Below, one piece after another: positions 13,535-23,892 of a stretch of DNA of 64,000 bases. Where the stretch lies: positions 133,424,001-133,488,000 of the forward strand of contig OX597817.1 of the NCBI GenBank assembly GCA_951406725.2, in the 5' to 3' direction. Under the pieces are notes generated by a model. It did not search any database and was not told the origin of the DNA. It saw only the letters and a program-made list of their open reading frames with translations. The translations under genes and the position numbers were made by a program. Each line of letters opens with the position of its first letter. Position 1 is the first letter of the stretch. The DNA is from Octopus vulgaris. Lineage: Eukaryota.

Positions 13535-13945
13535 TATATTTCACTTGTTTCAGTCATTAGACTGCGGCCATGCTGGGGCACTATCTTGATGAATTTTAGT
13601 CAAATGAATCAACCCCTATATTTTTTTTATCCTTTTAAAATCTGGTACTTCTTCAATTGATTTTTTTTGCCTTACAGCTAAGTTTTGGAAATGTAAACAC
13701 ACCAGCACCAATTGTTAAGTGATGGCAGAGGGCAAACACAAACAGAAAGACACATACACACACACACGTGTATATATATATGTAGATGACAGGCTTCTTT
13801 CAGTTTCCGTCTAACAAATCCACTCATCAGTCTTTGGTTGGCCCAAGGTTATAGTAGAAGACACTTGCCCAATGTGCCATGCAGTAGGATTGAAGCCAGA
13901 ACCATGTGGTTGTGAAGCAAACTTCTTACCACACTGCCCCACTCC
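13535..13945 (-). mobile_element. tRNA-derived SINE, same family as 29331-29785
   Basis: Reverse-complement similarity along its length to 29331-29785. Confidence 0.7.
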
Positions 13946-15694
13946 TGTTAGTAGTATTTATCATACTTCATGGTGTTTAATGTCCACTTTTGATTTGAAG
14001 AAATGATTTCTTGCAAAATACAAATGTCAAAGATATTAGAAATAATGGTCTAAAATTTTATAGCAACTCTTAAAAGGATTGATGTCACCACAAAGTAAGA
14101 AAATTATCTTGTATCCATGTATAGTGCATAGGGCAGTTTATAAAACCAATTATTAATATCAAAAAGTCTGCATTATATGTCATCAAATACAGTAATTATA
14201 TTTCAGGGTTGTCTCACTTTCATTTGTAAAATAAAATTCTCATCATTAAATGTGTAATTCTAATTGAAATTTCTTGGCTTACTGCATCAAGTAAGTTAGT
14301 AACCTTCTTATAATTTGTCTTTCATGCAGCCAGCATCCCAAGATATTTCCCCCCAATCATTCTTTTAAGATACAATGCCAATCTGTGATGATTAACAATA
14401 AAAAAAAAATAATAATTTCAAATTCTCTTGTAATCTAAGATCTGCAGTAATTAGGCAATGTCTTGCTGGGGAATTCTCATAAGACTGAAACACAACTAGA
14501 GTTATCATTGTCTGTTGAAGACCAGACTCACTCTCCACTGCATTCCATATCTAATTAATGTTAATATTAATTTCAGGGTTAAGGTGGCGAGCTGGCTGAA
14601 TAGTTAGCACTCTGGACCAAGTGCTTTGTGGCATCTCATCTGTTTTACATTCTGAGTTCAAATTTCATAGGGTCAACTTGCTTTTTTCATCCTTCTGGAG
14701 GTCAATAAAATAGGTACCAGTTATACATTGGGTTTGATGTAATCAACTTAGTCTCTTCTTCAAACCAGCTGACATCATCAACATCATCATCGTTTAACGT
14801 CTGTTTTCCATGCTGGCAGTTTGACTGGGGACTGGCAAGCCAGACGGCTGCACCAGGCCCCACTCTGATCTGGCAATGTTTGTACAGCTTCGTAATGCCA
14901 ACTACTCTGAGAGTGTATTGGGTGCTTTTTATGTGCCACTGGCATGTGAACCAGTCTGGCAGCACTGGCATTGGCCATGTTCAGATGGTGCTTTTTACAT
15001 GCTACTGGCAAGGGGAGCCAGTCAGGTGGCACTGGCAACGACCCACACATGAATGGTACTTATTGCATGCCACCAGCATGGGAGCCAGTCAAGCAGCACT
15101 GGCATCTGCCACAATTACAATTTCCATCTGATTGTGATTTCATTTGATTTGATTCAAATCAAAATCAAATGGACCTTGTGCCAAAATTTGAAACCGATAT
15201 TAATTTCACAGTTGTCTTCTCTTTTTGACTAAATTAAGTAATTTATTTAGGTAATAATTGCTCTCTTGATTAAGGTATAATTTTAATTAAAATATCTTGG
15301 TTTACTACATGAAACATTCTAGTGCTCTCTTTACTTCTGAGTCTCCATCCAGCAGGCATGCCTTGGTAGTTTTTAAAAGTCTTTCTAGTTACTCTAAAAA
15401 CTTTCAACCATTCATTCTCTCTATCTATCACTTACACCACTATTACTAATCATAATTTAGTTATGTCAGTGAAAATATTCTATTGATAAATTTATTGATC
15501 CTAAGTTTTTTCATTAGTTTATTCATAAAAAATTAAGGTGTGTACTTATACATCTTTATGACATATGATTTTTAAATGGTTAAAATTTACAAATAACAAA
15601 ATTTGAAAAGAACTTTAGTAAATAGTCAATTATTATAAACTGACACAATGGCAATGAAGATGTTAGTGATAATCATCACACACATGCACACGTA

Positions 15695-15748
<54 letters not shown>

Positions 15749-15751
<3 letters not shown>

Positions 15752-16519
15752 GGTGTTCTGAGTGTTTATGAGTAAACTTTAGTAGGCTGTAAATGAAAGA
15801 CGACTTAGCATAATTTTTGTTTTGTGTTATGTAGCAAATTTTTATTTTTTCATTTAATTTTTTGCATTGATACACCTGGGTGTATCAATAGCATCAGTAT
15901 GCCAAATTCCAGTCTTATATAGTTGAAAAAGTTATATTGTGTTTGTGACTTTAGTTGGGGATTGCCACCTTCTTGAACATAGCTGGATTCTTTGAGTTAA
16001 TGGTCAGGAAAAAGCTTGAGGCCTCATGCCATCTGTGACCAAGAGAAAGAAACCTATTCAGTGGTCAGATGTCAAGATGGTTGAGTTTATCCAGCATGTG
16101 CAGAACATCATCAACAACTATACCAGCATATCAATGCAAACTATTGCAAAGCAGATATGTGGTGTGTGAGGATGTCTTACATGACGACAAGTGGGCAGTT
16201 CATGTCCAGCAAAACTCTGGAGATCTGTGTGATAAGTTATCTCTTAGCACTCATGATTTGACTACTGGACTGTTATATCTGTGGTATTATTGAGTAAGGG
16301 AACCAGCCAGGAGTGGCATGGGGAGAGGTGAGCTATCCTGGCATAGTCATTTCAATCACTGCATCAAAGCTGTCATAAGGACTGAGGTTGGTTTTGTTGA
16401 TTGGTCACTTTCTTTGTGTATCTAGTTGAAAATGTATGCTGTTTTTCTAGGAGAATGTTGGTTTGTTTTTGTTTCTCCTTTTGTTTTGTTTAGTTTCCAG
16501 TTACCTAGCACACCCTGTA
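15749..16519. mobile_element. Degenerate Tc1/mariner-like element
   Basis: Ends ctgggtgttc... and ...gcacaccctgTA, with decayed coding-like interior. Confidence 0.4.
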
Positions 16520-16814
16520 TATATAAAGAGAGAGAGCATGTGTGTGTGTGAGTGAGTACATACAAATGCTAGTATTTCGTCTGTAATTATCTTGAGGTAA
16601 AATTGCTTTCTCTGTATTCGTACTTGAAAAGCATTATATGCCAGTTGGGATGGATTGTTTAAGTATTAAATATTCATTGCATTATTGATATAGTGCTGTA
16701 GTCATGTTTAAATAGAGGGTTTTTTTTTCTCCTTTCTATCATATATTTTCTATTTTCATTTCATTTATTTGTTTATTGGTTTTCAACTGTAGCTATTTGC
16801 ATAAGATAACTCAC

Positions 16815-16880
16815 CTGGAATATAGCCATTTGGAAATGATTAGAAATGGTAAAATCATCTGAACCCCTGGTGGAGAAACC
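16815..16880 (-). CDS. Candidate Shal cassette exon (22 aa)
   Basis: tcaattcag|GFSTRGSDDFTISNHFQMAIFQ|gtgagt. 66 nt, phase 0-0, consensus CAG|GTGAGT donor. Confidence 0.5.
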
Positions 16881-17878
16881 CTGAATTGATAGACAAGTAC
16901 ATCAAGGAACACAGTGAAGAGAGATAAGGGCTTACAACTGCTTGTCAACTCTAAATTTTCAAACTGAATTAAATCCAAATATAATCTAAAGCTTTTAGAA
17001 ACAGAAAGTAAATAATCTCATAATCTTTGAGGATTAAAAAAAAACAATTAATTTTAATTATTTGGCTGATTGCATTTTTTGCTTTTTATTCTATTATTTT
17101 ATTTTCATTCTATAGATTTGAAATGAAATATAGTTACATTCTTTTAAACGGAAGTTTCTTAAATACGTAATTTAACCTTTCTCATTGATTAAACATTGAT
17201 GTAGTCCCATTTGTAAGTGTGTACTCAAGTGCTTGTATGTGTTTGTGTGTGGGAGAGAGAGAGAGAGAGGAAAGAGATATAGAGAGAGGCAGGGGATTTT
17301 TGTTTGTGCAATTACATTAAATTCTTGAAGATTAAACTTGGTTTGAATGGAGAATATCTGTATATGATCAGTGTGCATTCAAATACAAAGGATATGAGAG
17401 ATAATTAAGAGTACTGAGTACTCTCTTTTAATTCTCTTTCATATATTCTTTGTATTTGTGTTCTAACTGATTTTATAAAGTAGTCTTTGGTTACACTAGC
17501 TGCTCCACTTCAGTAATAGACACACACACACACGTGTGTGTTAATATTTGCACATACGTGTTTCTGTATTCATATGTATTCAAGGGAACTGGTATAGCAA
17601 TGCCTTATTAAATACGAAGGTTGGGGGTTAATGTAATTGTGGTGAAATAGTATCATTGACCGGCAAAGACTATAATGAGAGGCAGCATATATTGTTTGGT
17701 GTGGAGTGCAAGTATCGAAGAAGCGAGGAGGCTGATGTGTGTAGTGAACAGAATGTGGAGAGACAAATTTAAAGAGCAGAGCTTGTTACATTAAAAAAAT
17801 CAGAAGTAATACAGTTTGAAAGGAAGGCAGGGATAGAATATTCTCAGTAATAGATAATCTTCTGAATTCAGTTCTAGA

Positions 17879-18315
17879 TACATTATTTACTTTTGATGGA
17901 TATTTGTCCTCATCTTGTTTGTTGTTAACACATTTTGACTGATATACCCCACAGCCTTCATCAGGTGTCTTGGGGAAATTTTGAACCTGGGTTCTCATTC
18001 CTAAGGTATTTTTCAATTTTATTATTATTATTCAGGTCACTGCTTGGAATCGAACTTGGAATCTTGGGGTTAGTAGCCCGGGCATATGGCTTAGTGGCTA
18101 AGAGCGCAGGCTACTAACCCCAAGATTCCGAGTTCGATTCCAAGCAGTGACCTGAATAATAATAATAATAACATCGAAAAAATACCTTAGGAATGAGAAT
18201 CCAGGTTCAAAATTTCTCCAAGACACCTGATGAAGGCCGGAGGGTATATCAGCCGAAATGTTGTGTTAACAACAAACAAGATGAGGACAAATATCCATCA
18301 AATGTAAATAATGTA
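17879..18315. repeat. About 200-bp-arm inverted repeat of a tRNA-headed element carrying a hammerhead-like motif
   Basis: 17879-18080 is the reverse complement of about 18109-18315. The right copy has A box tggcttagtgg, B box gagttcgattcc and CTGATGA..GAAA. Confidence 0.85.
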
Positions 18316-18706
18316 CATAATTCCTCATCTCTTAAATATAAAACTCTATTATCAGTCCTAGATGTCTGAAGTTAAAAGAGATGATCATTCACATCTATGA
18401 TAAGAGCATTTCATATTGAAGTATATTTGAGCTATGTTGTGAGCTGACACAGTTACTTGAAGCAAGAACATTTTCTCATATTCTGATGAGAAAGCTATGA
18501 CTCCTGAATGTAATTTTTTCTGAAAATTAGTATTTCAAAAGATGGCGATGGTCGTTCTAGCACAGTTGGGATAGAGTTGTTGTATGTCAAACAGAATATA
18601 TGTTAACTTATGTGACATAAACAGAGATTTTACACTTGCATCATGGTTTTGATTAGTCAGCCCATTCATTGGTTAATGGTTGTATGTCTGTAGGCTGATA
18701 AGGAAT

Positions 18707-18730
18707 TGTGTGTGTGTGTGTGTGTAAATG

Positions 18731-18819
<89 letters not shown>

Positions 18820-19000
18820 CTCTACTAACTTCCAACATAATGTTGTATTGAGTTCTTTTATGTTTTTGTACCACAAAATAAAATATATGTGTATGCATAT
18901 ATATTATATTTACATATACACACATATTTATATGTACATATATGTATGTACATACATGCACATGTATATACATATACACACAGACACACACACCTGCACA
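18707..19000. repeat. (TG)n/(TA)n/(CA)n microsatellite cluster, representative of many in the window
   Basis: Visible directly; source of the YIYI/HTHT ORFs. Others at 15680-15750, 23364-23402, 29492-29580 and 51562-51720. Confidence 0.95.
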
Positions 19001-20574
19001 CCCACATAAAGTGCATGTGTTTGTGTTGTACAAGATGTGGGGACTGATGCATATCTTATTAAAAAAGACAGTTTTGCACTATTTTTAGACATTTTATATT
19101 TAGTTTCCTATATTCTGTTGTGAGTTCTTAAACTTATTGCTTTGTGTTTTCTATTAGTATATTTCTAAGTTTATATTGATGTTTTGAGGCATTGTGAATT
19201 TATTATCAATGTATATACATATAAGAACATGGCATATGTACTTATCTGTCACAACCATCCACCAGTATATTTATAAATGGTCAGGAGCTCATTGTACATT
19301 GAATTATGTATATATTTTTTTAAACATATTTGTTGTTTTTATAGATTGAATAAGAGATAACTAGAGCATGCAGCATGAACTTTACAATAAATATTTCTTT
19401 CATTGATCTCTTATTCAAATACATGCATATACGCTACACATGCACACACATACACAACATACACACACATGCACACACACATGCACACAATCATACACAC
19501 ACTCTTGTGTATATAAATGAAGTTTATGTTTTACATTTATTTGTTTGTTAAGCTTTTATATATTCTTTTGTAGACGTTTATCTTCCATATCAGAGTGTCA
19601 GGCTCCAAGATTTATCTCTTCACATCAATACTCTTCTTCTCCGTGTGGTTAATGTCCTAGACATTAGGGTCATATTTCAATACGGCTTTGTAACGAAGTG
19701 TATGCATTGTCTCAGCGAGCATGATGCAAATAATAGCTTAACATAAAGTATGGCCTATAGCTGATGTCCACTTCATATGTAGCACACCTGTCCAGTTGAT
19801 GGCCAATGACAAATAAAGATGTGCCTAAGCAACACCTTCATTTTGAGGGTTTCCATAGTTAGAATTTATTCACTCATGGCCAGGCCAAGAACTGATTGCA
19901 GCTAGTCATCTCTTGTACTTGCGGAAATTATTAAAAATAACATTAGTCATTCAGCTATTGTCCTTTTTCCTCCTCACTGCATAATTAGAATGTATGTTAG
20001 CAACAGAGGATGGTCAAAGTGCAAGCTTGGCTTCATAGTTCAGAAGTTCACTTCCCAATTATGTGGTTTCAGATTCTATCACACTGGGAAACACATTGTG
20101 CAAGTGTTTGCTTCTAAAGAACCCAGCTGCCTTAGGCTTTGTGAAAGGATATGGAAAGTGGAAACTTAAAGAAGCCTATCGTACATCTGTGTGTGAGGAT
20201 ATGTTTGTGCTTCCTGGTCCTGACATTACACGATACTTGTAAACAAGTGTCACCATCATACAAAGACATCAAAACAGTCCTTCATTAGCAATCTTCTTTG
20301 AAGCATATCCAATCTTGAGGAAGTATTATGTTGCTTGAAAACTGATAAAGGTTCGCAACAAAAAGGATATCTGACTGTAGAAAATCTACAACAAATTCCA
20401 TGTGACCCATGCATTGGAAAATGGATCTTTTGGATCTTCAATATATATCTGTCTATTTGTCTGTCTGTTCGTCTATCTGTCTGTCCATCCATATGTATGC
20501 ATATATATATCTATAGGTATATATTATGAAGTTGGAGCGTTAAGCAGTGACATGCATAAATGCAATGTTATTAC

Positions 20575-21156
20575 CAGTTCAAATATGCTTGTGGCATGTT
20601 TGGACTGATAAACAAGCCATTCATTAAGATTTGTTATGGAGAAAATGTCTTGCTGTTGACAATGGTGTAAATACATGTAGATCAGTTTGCAGCATCCCCT
20701 TTCCAGACTGTGAGATGCAGTATTTCAGAGTAGTTATCTCCTCTTCAGTCGCAGACACTGGGCAGATGGTGTGGCACACTAATGAGAGTGATTCTCTTAT
20801 ACTATTTCATTCATTGTACATTGACTGATAACACTACACAGCAGCTCACCATAAGTAAATTACAAAGTAGCAGCAATAAGCAGTAATATGTAGTGCTGTC
20901 AGTCATCGTACAATGACTGAAATAGTATCAGAGAATAACTCTCTTTCATCAGTTCGCATCACCCTTTGTGCAGTGTCTGTGACTGAAGAGGAGATAACTA
21001 CTCCAAAATGTTGCATCTAACAGTCTGGAAAGTGGCTACTGCAAACTGATCTACGTGTATTTACACCATTGTCAACAGCGAGAAAGTTTCTCCATGACAA
21101 AACACAGTGACTGGCTTGTTTATCAGTCCAGACATTCCACAAGCATATTTCAACTG
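20575..21156. repeat. About 265-bp-arm inverted repeat (fold-back), each arm carrying a hammerhead motif
   Basis: cagttcaaatatgcttgtggcatgtttggactgataaacaagcca pairs with tggcttgtttatcagtccagacattccacaagcatatttcaactg. Pairing continues inward to a loop of about 50 nt. Confidence 0.9.
20708..20754 (-). ncRNA. Minimal type I hammerhead ribozyme motif (Penelope/retrozyme type)
   Basis: CUGCGA-CUGAAGA-GGAG(auaacua)CUCU-GAAA-U(acugc)A-UC-UCACAG: core boxes, helix II, 1-bp helix III and helix I with one mismatch. Confidence 0.65.
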
Positions 21157-21157
21157 A

Positions 21158-21201
<44 letters not shown>

Positions 21202-21928
21202 TGTAAGTGTAAGTATGGTTGAATAGCTAAACAAGTTTACTTCAGAACCACATGCATGGCACCTTGAGCAAGCATCTTCTACCATAGCTTCAGGCTAACC
21301 AATACTTTGTAAGTTAAATTTGATAAATAGAAAATGAATGAAAGTGTATTGTATTTATGTGTGTGTTTGTGTCAGAGAGAGAGAGAGAGAGAGAGTTTCT
21401 AGGTGTCTATACATTGTCATTGACATTTTTATGTCTCATAGCTCAATAGTTTTCATTGTTGTTGAAGACCAGTACAAGAAAAAATATCTGCCTTGAAAAA
21501 CAAAGGAAAGATAGTATCAAACCTCAGTATCTCTCTTCCAAACCGTGCCAGTATGGAAAAAGGAGACATAGAAATGATGAGGATAACATAGTTCATGTGT
21601 GTGTATGCGTGAATGTAAATCTATGATGTATGTATGCATGCATATTTATGTGTGTATATACATACACACATACACACACAAGTAATATATATATATGTGT
21701 GTATATACATATATACAAATATATATATAATTCGTATGCATAGCAAAGGGCTGTATGTATGATTTCATGTTTCTTTTCCATGTGGCTTTTTTCCAATGAT
21801 CATTTATGCTCTCAGACAAAGCAAGTTTCTATAGGTTGATGTAATTAAAACTTCATTGTGCAGTAGTTTGTGTCTCTATGTTGGATAACTAAAACTGGAG
21901 ATTATCTAGGGTGCCACTTTACTCTCAC

Positions 21929-22045
21929 CGTTTTTTCTTCCTCAACCGAGCTTTCTGCAGGATAAGAGTACACCTGCCAGTCCAATACAGCTTCTGGACC
22001 TAATATTTGTTTTCCAAACTCTTCTGGCAGCACCATATTTAAACC
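21929..22045 (-). CDS. Candidate Shal alternative cassette exon A (39 aa)
   Basis: tgctgtag|GLNMVLPEEFGKQILGPEAVLDWQVYSYPAESSVEEEKT|gtgaga. 117 nt, open in phase 0-0, with sequence similarity to the exon at 8985-9104. Confidence 0.72.
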
Positions 22046-23182
22046 CTACAGCATGATACAACAATAATATATGCACATTTAAAAGACAAAATGAAAATGA
22101 TTTTGCATTAAACATTAAAGACACATCAAAGGATATATGATTATAAAATTTGTGTATCCCCCATGGGTTCATATATCTATTCAGTACAGGTATAAGTTTA
22201 TACATGTAGACTCTGTCACCTAGTCCATATTTATATTTTGTGGCATAGTAACCATATGGCTAAGCAATTAAAGGTAAAATCTACATTTGCTCACTCTGAT
22301 TTTTAGACTCAATAAAAGAGAATTAAAATTTGAAAAAAAACTGAAGGAAGTATTCTGCATGATGAATAGAAGTGGTAGCAAGAAAATTTACACTTATATT
22401 TAGCTTTTCTCTGAAATTGTGAATTAAAATCACAACTTCAAGATATTCTCACCTGTTTGTAAACACTGTCATAAATTAGTGTTTCTATCATATTCTTGGG
22501 AGATGTCTTTTAACTGAACTGAACTATAGGCTCGTGGGTAAGAGTTTAAAATCTACCACAGGTATCAATGTAATTTGTAGATATGAAGCCTATGATTTCT
22601 AAAGTGATGGAAAATGACCATGCATCTGATTATGAAAGCATAGTTACAGAATTGCATTACTAAGGATCATTTTCTTCTTTAAAGTACATGCCTATAATTT
22701 TACTGGAAGTGTCCATCTACTCTTGAATAGACCATGTGATATTTTTTGATCTTCTGTTTTCTCTTCCCTTAATGTTTACAGAAGGAAATGTACTTTATCA
22801 TGGTACTTATATATAGTTAATTAGATTTGACTTCTGAAATTTAAGCGTCTTTACTGGGAATCATAATGCACCAGCCACCACTCAGCCAGTAGGTTAACAC
22901 CATTACATCTTAAACATCTGTTGCTTTTTTTCATTTTATATTTGTTTATTTGGAATTATGATTACATTTAACCACGTTTAAGCATTAACATCTTCAGACA
23001 TTTTATCTAATTAAATATATAGTGGTGAAAGAGAAAACAAATAAGTGAGATACTGATGTATGAAATAACATAGTACAAATAGTTCAACATGTTCTTGAAT
23101 TCTTACCAGAACAATAAATGTGTACCAGCTGTCACTTTTGAAAATAACAAAATATAGAATTTGCACTAGACAAGATTCTCAC

Positions 23183-23230
23183 CCAAATTGTGAATCCTTC
23201 TATTTGAAGTGTTGACATACTACCTGTGTG
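23183..23230 (-). CDS. Candidate Shal micro-exon (16 aa)
   Basis: Branch-point-like tactaat, then attccttaatag|HTGSMSTLQIEGFTIW|gtgaga. 48 nt, phase 0-0. Confidence 0.3.
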
Positions 23231-23361
23231 CTATTAAGGAATATTCATTAGTAAAACATTGAAAAAAAAAAAAATTCAAATGATTCTGTAAGACAATTGG
23301 TATGCTTTGGAAATGATATGATATCATAGGAGACCATTAAAAAATGTACTTGTTAAAATAT

Positions 23362-23404
<43 letters not shown>

Positions 23405-23709
23405 TTGTTGCATGGTAGAGGCAGAATTGATTATCTTTTATGAATTAAAATATTTCCTTATTTTTGCTTCTACAGCTTTGCTTCTGTACTGCAAATATTC
23501 ATTTAAGTTTTGCAGTAATTCAGGGCTATTTTACCCCTTTTACATAGTCTCTATCAAGCTTCACTAGTTACCTTCTATTATGAAACTGCTCATCATAAAT
23601 TTTCAAACTGTATAATCAATCATGTCCTACAATGTATGTGTGTGTGTGTTTGTGTGTGAATAAATATGAAATTAAATGGCACAATATTTAAATACATGAT
23701 GGTACTTAC

Positions 23710-23892
23710 AGTAGTTTTTTCTAGACAGGTTAAGAGATGATGATGCTGTAACTCGAATATGTCTTCTTTGTAGTCATCTACTTCAAGACCACTTTCTCTA
23801 GCAAGTACGACCTCCTCAGTTCGTTTCTTGCTAGTGATAAAGGCTGCGCCGCTCGCGTTTTTAGCCATGCGGATACGAGCCAATCGTGCTTT
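23710..23892 (-). CDS. Shal: Shal/Kv4 exon: proximal C-terminus with di-leucine targeting motif
   Basis: aatttcag|KARLARIRMAKNASGAAFITSKKRTEEVVLARESGLEVDDYKEDIFELQHHHLLTCLEKTT|gtaagt. 183 nt, phase 0-0, in frame with the 41510 exon. Confidence 0.97.

Noticed and set aside
14532-14550. AG..GTGAGT-bounded 19-nt segment (and a 46-nt one at 22295-22340)
   Set aside because: Neither preserves frame and the context is weak. They illustrate the chance background for micro-exon calls.
18082-18152. tRNA gene
   Set aside because: A and B boxes are present but the acceptor and anticodon stems do not form properly, and it continues into a repeat body; it is a SINE-type head.
18653-19052. Overlapping ORFs rich in YIYI/HTHT/VCVC (also 29364-29647 and 51433-51797)
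   Set aside because: These are translations of (TA)n/(CA)n microsatellites.
23620-23709. Read-through extension of the CLEKTT exon (VSTIMYLNIV...)
   Set aside because: It begins at a consensus GTAAGT donor and runs into a microsatellite, so it is intronic.
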